IMG/VR virus record: IMGVR_UViG_3300046373_000246
Span: 1 to 54,107 of that record
Source of the DNA: a virus
Lineage: Duplodnaviria > Caudoviricetes
Length of the DNA: 54,107 bases
Strand: one strand, 5' to 3'
Shown here: in pieces, positions 36,061 to 45,774 of the stretch
How positions within the stretch are numbered: the stretch's first letter is position 1
Layout of the letters: every line of letters starts with the position of its first letter
Program-made: the position numbers and the translations under genes
Notes under the pieces: generated by a model
Database searches by the model: none
What the model saw: only the letters and a program-made list of their open reading frames with translations
Told to the model about the DNA's origin: nothing

Positions 36061-36635
36061 TGGCCAACAAAGCGGGCTGGAGCCATAGCCTCACGGAGTT
36101 CGCCGACCAGGCAGGCGAGGACATCACTCAGATGGCGCGCGTGATCGCGACCGCCATGCTCACGGAGGTCGTGAACCGTTCGCCGGTCGGTAACCCTGAT
36201 CTATGGCAGGCCAACGTTGCGCTGCGCACGAAGAACGTGGCGCTGGCTGATGCCTATGACGCGAACGTCGACGCACGCAACGCTGCGCGCACCGGTGGCA
36301 AAGCCTTCAAGAAACTGACCAAGCGGGAGCGCGAAGAGAACTACTTCGTCAAGGCGCAGGCGGCTGGAAAGGGCTACATCGGCGGTGCGTTCCGAGGCAG
36401 TCACTTGGTTTCGATCGGCGCTCCGGACATGACCGTGACCGACAACATCGACCCGTCCGGACGCGAAACTATCAGCAAGGGCAGCATGCTCATCAAGGCA
36501 TCGGGCAAGTTTCCCGTGATCTACATCCAGACCAACAGCCCCTACGGCGAGATGTTGGAGCTGGGGCACTCCAAGCAAGCGCCGGGCGGGGTCTACGACC
36601 TTGCCTTCATCGGCGTATCCGAGGCCTACACATGA
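36060..36635 (+). CDS. HK97 gp10-like tail completion protein
   Basis: RSPVG...NSPYGEMLELGHSKQAPGG. Confidence 0.75.
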   Translation: MANKAGWSHSLTEFADQAGEDITQMARVIATAMLTEVVNRSPVGNPDLWQANVALRTKNVALADAYDANVDARNAARTGGKAFKKLTKREREENYFVKAQAAGKGYIGGAFRGSHLVSIGAPDMTVTDNIDPSGRETISKGSMLIKASGKFPVIYIQTNSPYGEMLELGHSKQAPGGVYDLAFIGVSEAYT

Positions 36636-37027
36636 CCTTCGAGCAGATCAGGGCGCTCATCACCGCGCGCATGGTGGCCTTCACTGGTATCGACCAGGCG
36701 CGGATCGATTACCCGAATCAGCCGGCAGTGTTCACGCCGCCGGCAAACGGCCTCTGGTGCCGACTGAATATCCAGTACGCCTCGGCATTCATGGCTGGCA
36801 TGGCCGACCGACCCCACACCCGCAAGCCCGGGCAGATCAGCATTCAATGCTTCGCCCGCGAGCGAACCGGAACCAAAGCCATCAACGAACTGGCCGACGC
36901 GCTCGAAGCGCACTTCGCCTACTGGCAGTCCGGCGATCTGGAATGCATGGAAGCCAGCCAGGTGGTCGCCGGAGAGTTCGAGGGCTTCTACCAAACCAAC
37001 GTCAACATCCGGTTCCGCGCCGGCTGA
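36632..37027 (+). CDS. Tail terminator protein
   Basis: Position; IDYPN...GQISIQCF. Confidence 0.7.
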   Translation: MTFEQIRALITARMVAFTGIDQARIDYPNQPAVFTPPANGLWCRLNIQYASAFMAGMADRPHTRKPGQISIQCFARERTGTKAINELADALEAHFAYWQSGDLECMEASQVVAGEFEGFYQTNVNIRFRAG

Positions 37028-37044
37028 GCCAGGAAACACCATCC

Positions 37045-37066
37045 ACCCGCCTTGAGCGGGTTTTTT
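37045..37066 (+). terminator. Intrinsic terminator
   Basis: ACCCGC-CTTGA-GCGGGTTTTTT. Confidence 0.75.
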
Positions 37067-37091
37067 ATGCCCGCAGATAGGAGACTCGCCC

Positions 37092-38252
37092 ATGAGTTCC
37101 GGCGCAAAAGTCGTTTCACACATCATCCCCGAGGTGACGCCAGGCGTTACCCCGACTGGCACCTGGGACACGCTGCGCCTGACCGGCAACGCGCTGACCC
37201 CTACCGTCAACACCCAAGTCAGTGACGAGATCACCGACACCCGCCTGAGCCAAGGCTCGGTGGCCACCAGCATCGATATCGGCGGCGACCTGACGGCGGA
37301 GTTCTCGTTCGGCTCGTTCGATCAGTTGCTGGAGGCCGCGTTCTACGGCAACTGGACCGGCAACGTGCTGAGTGTCGGTGACACCCGCCACACCTTCAGC
37401 ATCGCCAAGGGCTACGACGACGTCGGCGTCTACGGCGTGTTCAAGGGGGCGCACGTTTCGACCTTCGGGCTCGACATCCCGTCTGACGGCAAGATCACCG
37501 CCACCTTCAATATGGCGTGCCTGGACTACACCGACAGTGAAACATCGATCGTCGTTTCGCCGAACGCACCGACGACCACCCCGTTCCTGTCGAACAACAA
37601 CGTCGGCACGATCCTGGTGAATGGTCAGTCGCTGGAAGGCGTGGCCTGCGTCTCAGCCATGACCGTCAACCTCGACAACAGTCTGCAAACGCAGCGCTGC
37701 CTCGGCTCTGACAGTCTCGGCCCGGGTGCACACATTGCGACCGAAGCGGCGATCACCGGCAGCATCACGCTCGCCTGGTCGAAGCGGGCGTGGGAGATCT
37801 GGAAGAACACCTTCACCCGCGCGCCAATCGGCGTCGTGTTCCCGATCACCGACAGCCTGGGCAACAAGTACACCTTCAACTTCCCGGCGGTGGAAGTGGA
37901 CGGCGAACTGCCGAATGGTGGCAAGCGTGACCTGATCGAGGTGACGCTGAACTACACCGTGGCGAAAGTCAGTCCGACCATCACCCGCGTTCCGTTCGTG
38001 CCGGTGACCAGCATATCGGTGGCGCCTACGACCGCATCCATCGCGGTTGCCGCGACTCGTCAGCTCACTGCGTCGGCATTGCCGGCCGAAGCCGCGCAAA
38101 ACGTCACCTGGTCCAGTTCGGCGCCGAGCGTCGCCACTGTTAGCTCTTCTGGCCTGGTCACCGGCATTTCCGCTGGCTCCGCGACGATCACCGCCACCAG
38201 CGTGTCGGACGTCACCAAAACCAGCACGGCGGCGATCACCGTCACTGCATAA
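37092..38252 (+). CDS. Major tail tube protein with C-terminal Ig-like (Big_2) domain
   Basis: MSSGAKV...; VTWSSSAPSVATVSSSGLVTGISAGSATITAT. Confidence 0.88.
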   Translation: MSSGAKVVSHIIPEVTPGVTPTGTWDTLRLTGNALTPTVNTQVSDEITDTRLSQGSVATSIDIGGDLTAEFSFGSFDQLLEAAFYGNWTGNVLSVGDTRHTFSIAKGYDDVGVYGVFKGAHVSTFGLDIPSDGKITATFNMACLDYTDSETSIVVSPNAPTTTPFLSNNNVGTILVNGQSLEGVACVSAMTVNLDNSLQTQRCLGSDSLGPGAHIATEAAITGSITLAWSKRAWEIWKNTFTRAPIGVVFPITDSLGNKYTFNFPAVEVDGELPNGGKRDLIEVTLNYTVAKVSPTITRVPFVPVTSISVAPTTASIAVAATRQLTASALPAEAAQNVTWSSSAPSVATVSSSGLVTGISAGSATITATSVSDVTKTSTAAITVTA

Positions 38253-38331
38253 ACCTGCTCGACCTTTGGCTGCCCCGGCATTCACGCCGGCCGGGGCGGC
38301 CCTTTTATTGGCGCGGCGTTGAGGAATTACC

Positions 38332-38817
38332 ATGGCTCTGCAACTGGGCAAAAAGAAGTCGGCAGTCACCGGCGAGCGCTGGGCGAACTTCGACAAGGAC
38401 ACCAAGGTGCTGCTGGCCGGCATCGACAACCCTGAGTATCAGGTCGCGCTGGAGCGCATGCGCCGCCGGATCCAGCGTAATGACGCGCGGTTTGAAGAGG
38501 GCCAGGTGGGCGTGGTCGCCGGCGAAATGACCGAGCACCAGAACCACGCAATGCTGCTCAGTCACTTCATCGTGAAGGACTGGGAAGGCGTGCTGGATGC
38601 CGACGGCAACCCAATCAAATACAGCCCGTCCGTGGCTGCTGAGTTGCTCGAAAACAACATCGAGTTCTTCATCTTCGTGCTGCGCGAAGGCGAGCTGGCC
38701 GCCAACGATGCTGCCGAGGAGCGAGCTGAGTCGGTGGGAAAGCGCTCGCCCGCTTCGAGTGGGAGCAAGAGTGGGGCGGGGAAAGCGAGAAGCGCCGGGC
38801 GGTCTACTCGCGCCTGA
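38332..38817 (+). CDS. Tail assembly chaperone (G-like)
   Basis: Between tube and tape measure genes; contains slippery site GGGAAAG. Confidence 0.8.
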   Translation: MALQLGKKKSAVTGERWANFDKDTKVLLAGIDNPEYQVALERMRRRIQRNDARFEEGQVGVVAGEMTEHQNHAMLLSHFIVKDWEGVLDADGNPIKYSPSVAAELLENNIEFFIFVLREGELAANDAAEERAESVGKRSPASSGSKSGAGKARSAGRSTRA

Positions 38818-39059
38818 AGATGGCCATCCCGGGCGAGCCAGAGAATGACCCGCTCACCGCCTACCTTCTCAACCTGTACCGGAACGTGTCTCGCGGTCGC
38901 CGGTACATCGCCGGCATGGCCGGGGCGTTCCCGCTGCCGCTCTCGGCGCGGGAGATCTCCGACTGGCTGGAGTCGCACCCCTCGCCGCTGCCGCGCGATG
39001 AGATCGACGATGTGATGTTTGCGCTGGATGCGGTGTGTTTGGCAAATGGCGACGAATGA
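38736..39059 (+). CDS. Tail chaperone GT extension via -1 programmed frameshift
   Basis: G GGA AAG at 38736-38742; -1 frame reads KALARFEWEQEWGG...LK into the ORF MAIPGEP (38820-39059) without a stop. Confidence 0.8.
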   Translation, partial: GKALARFEWEQEWGGESEKRRAVYSRLKMAIPGEPENDPLTAYLLNLYRNVSRGRRYIAGMAGAFPLPLSAREISDWLESHPSPLPRDEIDDVMFALDAVCLANGDE

Positions 39060-39065
39060 TTGGGT

Positions 39066-39704
39066 TCAGCCCTTAGAGTCCCAGCCTACAACCACGCCAT
39101 TGTCCAGCGTCACGCGCAATGCAAATCGGTTGCCTCCTTGGTGATCATATTTCCATACCTCTCGAGACTTGCTCTTCATGTACTTCTGATCAACCGCCTC
39201 CGGATTGCCAGCAGAATCAAAGAGCTGTGCAGCAGTCATGCCTTCCCAGATTTCCTGTCGCAGAATGGCTTGGACGATGCCCTCATCTTTATATTTTTCA
39301 ACCAGGTACGCAGTGCGCAGCTCGAGCTCTTCCGCTTTGCGTTGGTGTTCCAGTTCCGCTTTAGATGGGAACATTCGGGCGGCTTGACGCTGTCGCTCAC
39401 TTAAAAGGTGCCTCGTCCCGTCAGATCCCATTTCGGAAATGAAATGGTCATCCTCGAGGGATTCGATCAGTCGAGCCGCGCGGTTGTATCCGATCTTCAG
39501 GTGTCGCTGTAAAGCTGAAATACTGGTGCGACCAGTAGTAACGACGAAGCGGGCTGCCTCTAGGTAAAGAGAATCATCATTTGGGGATAGCTCAGAAGAA
39601 TCGAACTCAGGGTGATCTTCTTGCTCCCACTGTGGCGGAGGTGAGGGGCTGAGTGGGGCTACATAGTCCGACGACAGTCCTAAAATTTTTTTCCACCAAG
39701 ACAT
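39066..39704 (-). CDS. Moron: FtsK gamma-domain protein with extra C-terminal domain
   Basis: DSLYLEAARFVVTTGRTSISALQRHLKIGYNRAARLIESLE is the FtsK-gamma signature; no ATPase domain. Confidence 0.8.
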   Translation of the reverse strand: MSWWKKILGLSSDYVAPLSPSPPPQWEQEDHPEFDSSELSPNDDSLYLEAARFVVTTGRTSISALQRHLKIGYNRAARLIESLEDDHFISEMGSDGTRHLLSERQRQAARMFPSKAELEHQRKAEELELRTAYLVEKYKDEGIVQAILRQEIWEGMTAAQLFDSAGNPEAVDQKYMKSKSREVWKYDHQGGNRFALRVTLDNGVVVGWDSKG

Positions 39705-39764
39705 AGACGGTCCTTGTCAGGTATTTAATCTCGTGAGATTGATTGATGCCTGGCTTATGAAACG

Positions 39765-40187
39765 CTAGCAAAAATCGATCCACAGTGTTTCCAGACCATC
39801 CCATTCGCTCGCATAACCCGCCTCAGAAAGCATCGAATTGAACGAGTCAATAAGAGATTCGGCATCATCCTCAGGTAGGGATTCGAGCCCCATATCCTTT
39901 AGGTGCACCTGTGCCGTTGTGAGTCCATGCATTATTGCGTGGTTAATCTCGTTGACGATGCGGGACTTAATCTCAGCGGGGATGTTTTTACGGAACGCCG
40001 CTGACATTTCTCGCGCTTTTGCCGCCGGAAAAAGGGACTGGGTTCGAGCCTCACTCAGAAAACTCACCTCCAGCCGCGCCAATATCTCCGCTGTTGCGGA
40101 GCGTCCATTTTCCTTGGCTGCACTCATTACCTGATCTCTCAGTGCCTCAGGAATGCGCAGGTTGAATTGTGGATCTGTTCGGCTCAT
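39765..40187 (-). CDS. Arc/Mnt-family repressor (Mnt-like)
   Basis: DPQFNLRIPEALRDQV...GRSATAEILARL. Confidence 0.85.
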   Translation of the reverse strand: MSRTDPQFNLRIPEALRDQVMSAAKENGRSATAEILARLEVSFLSEARTQSLFPAAKAREMSAAFRKNIPAEIKSRIVNEINHAIMHGLTTAQVHLKDMGLESLPEDDAESLIDSFNSMLSEAGYASEWDGLETLWIDFC

Positions 40188-40231
40188 GTCAACTCGGTCA
40201 GATAGGGCTTTACTCGCTTTACCAAGAAGGA

Positions 40232-40299
40232 TGCATCACCGTGGTATTGACGGCAATGCATCACGGTTCTATATTGCTCTGGTGCACAACGGTGATGCA
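40232..40299. promoter_or_regulatory. Pant-like promoter with Arc/Mnt operators
   Basis: TTGACG(40247)-17bp-TATATT; TGCATCAC(C/G)GT at 40232 and 40257, inverted copy at 40288-40299. Confidence 0.7.
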
Positions 40300-40314
40300 C
40301 AGGGAGGGACGCAA

Positions 40315-40470
40315 ATGTCACGAAAAGATCCGCAGTTCAACCTGAGACTTCCAGAGGCGCTCAAGCAATGGGTGGAAAACGAAGCGCAGAAGAATTTCCG
40401 CTCGCAGACGGCAGAAGTGGTTTTTGCTTTGATGGAAGAGAAGAAACGGAGAGAGCAGGCTGCCGCCTAA
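40315..40470 (+). CDS. arc: Arc-family repressor (51 aa)
   Basis: MSRKDPQFNLRLPEALKQWV...RSQTAEV; GGAGG SD. Confidence 0.8.
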   Translation: MSRKDPQFNLRLPEALKQWVENEAQKNFRSQTAEVVFALMEEKKRREQAAA

Positions 40471-40541
40471 AACGAAGAAGCCCCGACGAGGTGAGAGTCG
40501 TCAGGGCTTCGGGGAACGTTCAACGTACTAGGAAAAACGTC

Positions 40542-41411
40542 ATGTCGAATATTAGCACAGCGGTATCGAATGTCATCCCGTTCAGATCGGCCAATCTGTT
40601 GCTGGTGGAGAAAGAAGGCGAGCCATTTGTACCGATGAAACCGGTTGTTGAGGGCATGGGGCTGGCATGGCAGACCCAACATCGCAAGTTGATGGACGGG
40701 CGGTTTGCTTCAACTGTCACCATTATGGTGATAGTTGCCGATGATGGGAAAAGCCGCGAAATGGCTTGCCTTCCCCTGCGCAAACTTGCTGGATGGCTGA
40801 TGTCCATTCATGCCAGCAAGGTTCGGAGAGGGCTGCGTGACGTCGTAATCGCTTTTCAAAATGAATGCGACGATGTTCTGTGGTCGCACTGGAACAAAAC
40901 CCACGCTCCTGTTTCGCTGCCGGCGAGCACGAATTTCACCTTGATCGGCACCACCATCGGCTCCGACGGCTTTCACTGTCTGTCTGCGGTAATCGACGGA
41001 AAAATCAGGCGCCTCGATAAGCGTGCCAAGCAAAGCGCGCGCATGCACATCTGGTCGCAGGTACACAAAGCTTTCAGCGTGGTGCGCGGGGAAGACATCC
41101 CCGCTGAAAAGCTTGAGTCTGCGATGAACTTCGTTGCCGCATACTCGATTGAAGGTCAGTACCTGACAAAACCGGCGGAACCGCAGCTCGATGTAAGTCG
41201 CAGCGGCCGCTACCTGCTCAGCTTCAACCACAAGGGCGAGCAGCAGATCATTCAGGTTGCTGACGATGCTTTCGTCATGTCGCAGGATGAGTTTTTGGCA
41301 GGGATTGCGCACGTACCCGGCGACATTCCGATCACCACAGACGGGCTATTCGCGTTTGCCATCGCGGCGTTGAACAATCTCAGGATTCGAGCGCAGACAA
41401 AGGTAGCTTGA
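40542..41411 (+). CDS. ant: P22 Ant-like antirepressor
   Basis: PFVPMKPVVEGMGLAWQTQHRKL...MACLPLRKLAGWLMSI...FQNECDDVLWSHW. Confidence 0.85.
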   Translation: MSNISTAVSNVIPFRSANLLLVEKEGEPFVPMKPVVEGMGLAWQTQHRKLMDGRFASTVTIMVIVADDGKSREMACLPLRKLAGWLMSIHASKVRRGLRDVVIAFQNECDDVLWSHWNKTHAPVSLPASTNFTLIGTTIGSDGFHCLSAVIDGKIRRLDKRAKQSARMHIWSQVHKAFSVVRGEDIPAEKLESAMNFVAAYSIEGQYLTKPAEPQLDVSRSGRYLLSFNHKGEQQIIQVADDAFVMSQDEFLAGIAHVPGDIPITTDGLFAFAIAALNNLRIRAQTKVA

Positions 41412-41499
41412 TTGATCAAGCCATGTACCCCGCACCCGCGGGGTTTTGGCGCTTCCTGCGGATGGTGGTAGATTGCTGCCATCTACAGGGAGATTCACC

Positions 41500-41838
41500 A
41501 TGTCCGACGCATCGAGCCCGATAACTGGATTTATCCTACTGGCGATAGCATTCATCGCCTATTTCCTCCCCACGTTTATCGCTGCTAAACGGGATCATCC
41601 GAACGGAACTGGGATTTTTTTATTGAACCTGTTCTTGGGGTGGACCTTCATTGGATGGCTGGCGGCTTTGATTTGGTCGGTATCAGCTTTCAAACAACCG
41701 GAAAAATTAACGCCGGCTACATCTAGCGAGCCGAATCTTCGTATCAACCAGTTGCAGACACTTGCAGCCTTAAAGGAAAAAGGTGTTTTGACGGAGGCTG
41801 AGTTCGAAGCTGAGAAGGCGAAGCTTTTGCAGTCTTAA
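41500..41838 (+). CDS. Superinfection immunity protein (T4 Imm-like) with SHOCT-like tail
   Basis: YFLPTFIA...IFLLNLFLGWTFIGWLAALIWS; LKEKGVLTEAEFEAEKAKLL. Confidence 0.85.
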   Translation: MSDASSPITGFILLAIAFIAYFLPTFIAAKRDHPNGTGIFLLNLFLGWTFIGWLAALIWSVSAFKQPEKLTPATSSEPNLRINQLQTLAALKEKGVLTEAEFEAEKAKLLQS

Positions 41839-41853
41839 TACAACAATTTCAAT

Positions 41854-41875
41854 AACCCGCTTAGGCGGGTTTTTT
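41854..41875 (+). terminator. Intrinsic terminator
   Basis: AACCCGC-TTAG-GCGGGTTTTTT. Confidence 0.8.
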
Positions 41876-41891
41876 ATGCCTGGAGAAAGTC

Positions 41892-44864
41892 ATGACCCAA
41901 ACGTCACGCCTCGTTTTGGAGATCGATAGTCGGGACGCTGAAAAAAAGGCAGCGGACACTCGTCAGGCTTTGGAAGAGCTCGAATCCCTGGGGATTCCCA
42001 CCCAGCGATCGATGGCAAAGGCTGCGGCCGGTATAAGCGAAGCAGGAAAGAGTGCTGATGGTGCTCGCAAGTCTTACGGCTACTACCGGGACGAAGTTGA
42101 GCAACTGCTGGGTCGGCTTGATCCTCTACGGAGGAAGCAGCAAGAACTCGCCAAAAGCCAAGCTGAATTGGCTTCGGCGTTCAAGCGAGGCGACATTGGG
42201 GAAGCTGGCTACAAAGAGTTTTCAGCAATCATTCGGGATCAGTCCACAGCCATATCAGCGCAGCGGTCGGCTTTGAAAAACCTGAACGGTGATTTGGGCA
42301 AGACGGGAATGACGGCCAAGGCGACCGCCGCAGCACTAAGGGGTGTGCCTGCCCAGTTCACTGACATCGCGGTCTCCCTTCAGGCAGGCCAGGCCCCGTT
42401 AACCGTTCTGCTTCAGCAGGGCGGGCAGCTTAAAGATATGTTTGGTGGCATTGGCCCCGCTGCGAAAGCTCTTGGTGGCTATATTGTCGGGCTTGTAAAC
42501 CCGTTTACTGTTGCCGCTGCAGCTCTCGGTGGCTTGGCAGCCATTTATTACGATGCAGAGAAGGGAGCAAGCGCTTTCAACAACGCATTATTTTCGGGCT
42601 CCGCCAGCTCGGGGCAAACAGCATCTAGCTTATCGTCGATAGCAAAGGACGCGTCGAGCTTGACGGGCAGCCTATCTCAGGCGAAAGAGGCAGTAATAGC
42701 GCTCGCCGCAAGCAGTGGATTGAGCCAAGTTCAGTTCAGAAATCTCGCAGAGGCGGCGACTTCGATAAGCGAATTCACGGGCAAAAGCGCGGGCGAAGTT
42801 GCTAAAACTCTAGGCGATCTGGGTTCGAATGCGACTAAGGCTGCCGAGAAAATTAGCGCCCAATACGGGCTTCTCACTGCAGCACAATACGATCTGATCA
42901 CCAGCCTGGACGCTCAAGGTAAAAAGCAGGAAGCCCTTGATGTCTTAAGCGAGTCGCTCAATCAAAATGCCCAGGCACGCCTAAAGCGCTATCAAGAGTC
43001 TCTATCAGCTGTTGAGAAAGGATGGAATAGCATCGGCGCGGCAATAAGCAGTGCCTACAGCCAATTAAAGGGTGAGCTTTTTCCGGACAGCGCGAAGCAG
43101 ATCGAAATTATTGAGCGGATTCTGAAAACCCGACAGGAAGGCGGTGTAACTGGCGCGTTATCCACTGGGCTGAGCAAGCTCAACGGAATGCTCGGGCTGG
43201 CCGATGGAGAGAATGATGATTCAACAGAGGTGCTGGAGAAAAGACTTTCTCTGATGAAGCTTGGTTTATGGGTGACACAGCAAAATGCCCTCGCCGAGGG
43301 AGAGGCCACTCGTAAAAATCAAGAGCGGATCGACGCAGAAAGCAAGTGGACTTCGATCACCAAAAAGAACATGTCGGATCAGAAGAAGTTGGCTCTGGAC
43401 ATAGCCGAGGCAAGGAAAGTCGGTGTCGAGGCTGGGAAATCGCAGGCAGAAATTGACAAGGAAGTGGCCGACATTCAGGCCAAGTTCGACAAGAGCCAAG
43501 CGAAACCAAAGGCCGTAACCGAGGACGCCGGCCAGCGGATGCTCGACGAAGCCCGGCAGCGCTACGCGGTTCTCCAGCAGCAAAACTCCCTCATCGGCAG
43601 CCAGGCTGACGGAACAAAGTCGCTCGGCACCGAGGCCAAAAAGCTGCTCGAGCTGGAACAGCAAATCGCCGACCTGAAGGACAAGAAGACGCTCACCGCC
43701 GCGCAGAAGCAGATCCTGGCCATGGCTGATCTCAACCTGGCGCAGCAGAAGCAGAATGCGGCGCTGGAAAAGCAGACGGATCTGCTGAAGACCGCCACTG
43801 AACAGCGTCAGAAGCTCGCGGCGTTCCAAGAGAACCTGCAATCGCAGCTGAAGACCGCCCAGACCGGGTTGGACAACGATTTGGCAGGCCTCGGCATGGG
43901 CGACCTGCAGCGTCAGCGGCTGAAGGAGCAACTGAGCATCCAGCAGTCCTATCAGTCGCAGTTGGACCGGCTGACCTACGACTACAACAAGAGCAACAAG
44001 TCGGCCGACAAGACGGAGCTCTACAACCAGGAGACCGAAGCTCTTCGCGCCGCCCTGCAAACTCGCCTCGCGATGCAGCAGCAGTATTATTCGGACGTCG
44101 ACAAAGCCCAGTCGGACTGGTCGCTCGGCGCTTCATCGGCGTTTCAGACCTACTCCGAGCAGGCCCGCGACGTTGCCGGCCAAACCCGCAACCTGTTCAC
44201 CAACGCCTTCAGCAACATGGAAGACGGCATCATCCAGTTCGTGAAGACCGGGAAGCTGTCGTTCAAGGATCTGGCCGACGGCATCATCGCCGACCTAATC
44301 CGCATCCAGGTGCGTCAGGCGGCGGTGGGCATCTTCGGCACGCTGTTCAGCGGACTGGCGGGCGCTGGTGCATCTGCTGCTGGTAATGGCTTCGCGGCTG
44401 GATCGGCTGCTGCCACGTCCTCCAGTCTGGGCGCATCGGCGGCCGGTTACAGCTCGAAGTACGGCTTTTCCGACGGTGGTTATACCGGCGACGGCGGCAA
44501 GTTCGAGCCGAAGGGCGTGGTGCACGGCGGTGAGTTCGTGGTGCGCAAGGACGTGGTCAGCCAGCCCGGCGCCCGGGAATTCCTCGAGCGCATGAACTCG
44601 AACACCAAGGGCTATGCTGACGGTGGCTACGTTGGTGGTGGGGTATCTATTTCGAGAGCAGCTGCTTCTTCTGCATCGATGAGCCTTCCACCAATTGAGC
44701 AGAACTTCTATTTCCAAGGCAACCCTGATTCAAACACCGCCGAGCAACTGAAGCAGGCTGCAGATGATGGCGCGAACCGCGGCATGAAAGGGGCGTACGA
44801 GATGATGCTGCGTGACCTCAAACAAAACGGACCAGCAATGCAACTGATAAGGAGAAATCGATGA
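41892..44864 (+). CDS. Tail tape measure protein
   Basis: 990 aa helical; PAQFTDI...QQGGQLKDMFGG; FSDGGYTGDGGKFEPKGVVHGGEFV. Confidence 0.93.
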   Translation: MTQTSRLVLEIDSRDAEKKAADTRQALEELESLGIPTQRSMAKAAAGISEAGKSADGARKSYGYYRDEVEQLLGRLDPLRRKQQELAKSQAELASAFKRGDIGEAGYKEFSAIIRDQSTAISAQRSALKNLNGDLGKTGMTAKATAAALRGVPAQFTDIAVSLQAGQAPLTVLLQQGGQLKDMFGGIGPAAKALGGYIVGLVNPFTVAAAALGGLAAIYYDAEKGASAFNNALFSGSASSGQTASSLSSIAKDASSLTGSLSQAKEAVIALAASSGLSQVQFRNLAEAATSISEFTGKSAGEVAKTLGDLGSNATKAAEKISAQYGLLTAAQYDLITSLDAQGKKQEALDVLSESLNQNAQARLKRYQESLSAVEKGWNSIGAAISSAYSQLKGELFPDSAKQIEIIERILKTRQEGGVTGALSTGLSKLNGMLGLADGENDDSTEVLEKRLSLMKLGLWVTQQNALAEGEATRKNQERIDAESKWTSITKKNMSDQKKLALDIAEARKVGVEAGKSQAEIDKEVADIQAKFDKSQAKPKAVTEDAGQRMLDEARQRYAVLQQQNSLIGSQADGTKSLGTEAKKLLELEQQIADLKDKKTLTAAQKQILAMADLNLAQQKQNAALEKQTDLLKTATEQRQKLAAFQENLQSQLKTAQTGLDNDLAGLGMGDLQRQRLKEQLSIQQSYQSQLDRLTYDYNKSNKSADKTELYNQETEALRAALQTRLAMQQQYYSDVDKAQSDWSLGASSAFQTYSEQARDVAGQTRNLFTNAFSNMEDGIIQFVKTGKLSFKDLADGIIADLIRIQVRQAAVGIFGTLFSGLAGAGASAAGNGFAAGSAAATSSSLGASAAGYSSKYGFSDGGYTGDGGKFEPKGVVHGGEFVVRKDVVSQPGAREFLERMNSNTKGYADGGYVGGGVSISRAAASSASMSLPPIEQNFYFQGNPDSNTAEQLKQAADDGANRGMKGAYEMMLRDLKQNGPAMQLIRRNR

Positions 44865-45160
44865 AGGTTTCCGATTTGGATACGGGGAAGCTGATCGAGG
44901 TAATCAACCGTGCAATCTTCCCAGTGGTTTTTGAGGGCGTAGACGCCCAAACACCTCCAAACGAGTTGCGTGATCGTGCAAACCTGAACTCCGAGATCAT
45001 GGGGCGGATCATGGGGGTTCTCCTCTGCAATGATGAGGTTGGCGAGGAGATCTTTGATCTGATTGATCGAAGCGTGGCGCATATGAAGACAGGACACGCT
45101 GAATCGTTTGGCGAGTTGCTGGGGCCGGGCGGCTCATTGAGCAAAATTCACAAGCTCTAA
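44861..45160 (+). CDS. Hypothetical protein after the tape measure gene
   Basis: ATGA-coupled, AGGAG SD. Confidence 0.6.
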   Translation: MKVSDLDTGKLIEVINRAIFPVVFEGVDAQTPPNELRDRANLNSEIMGRIMGVLLCNDEVGEEIFDLIDRSVAHMKTGHAESFGELLGPGGSLSKIHKL

Positions 45161-45189
45161 ACGCCGCCGATTTTTCCAAGGAGTACCGC

Positions 45190-45774
45190 ATGGCTCTCAC
45201 GTGGCCGGCTTCATTGCGCCCGTCAGAAATGACGTGGGGCATCGTCAATAACAGCAGGGCGTTCACGTCGACACTCTCGAACGCCCAGCAAATCATCGGC
45301 TACCCGGGCGCCTACTGGCAATGCACGCTGACCTTCGGGCTATTGACGAGGGCTCAGGAGCGCGAGCTGTCGGCGTTCCTTGGGAGACTCGACGGCATGA
45401 TGGGCACCTTCAACCTTCCGGCCTTTACCCGGAGCAGGACGAACAGCGTCGGCGCACTGACAGTGGTCACCGGTAACGCTCAGGCACGGTCGATGGTCAT
45501 CGGCGGTGCAACGGCGAACGCCCCGGCTTTCAGCGCCGGCGACTACATAACCATTGCCGGTGAGATGTTCGAAGTCACTGATCCTGTATCAGCAAATGCG
45601 CAGGGCAGGGTGACCGTGCTGCTCAACAAGCGGATCCGCAAGACGCTCACGGCCGGTACAGCCGTCGAGTATCTCAACCCGTACTCGGAAATGCGGATGA
45701 CCTCTGACACCTGGTCCATGTCCGTGCGCCCCGTGGTCGCGAACGGCAGTTATCAATTCAGGGAGGCTTTCTGA
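45190..45774 (+). CDS. Distal tail protein
   Basis: Position; WPASLRPS...FLGRLDG. Confidence 0.7.
   Translation: MALTWPASLRPSEMTWGIVNNSRAFTSTLSNAQQIIGYPGAYWQCTLTFGLLTRAQERELSAFLGRLDGMMGTFNLPAFTRSRTNSVGALTVVTGNAQARSMVIGGATANAPAFSAGDYITIAGEMFEVTDPVSANAQGRVTVLLNKRIRKTLTAGTAVEYLNPYSEMRMTSDTWSMSVRPVVANGSYQFREAF

Noticed and set aside
40477-40510. CTGACGA on the minus strand as a hammerhead ribozyme core
   Set aside because: No GAAA core element or third stem; better explained as a terminator hairpin
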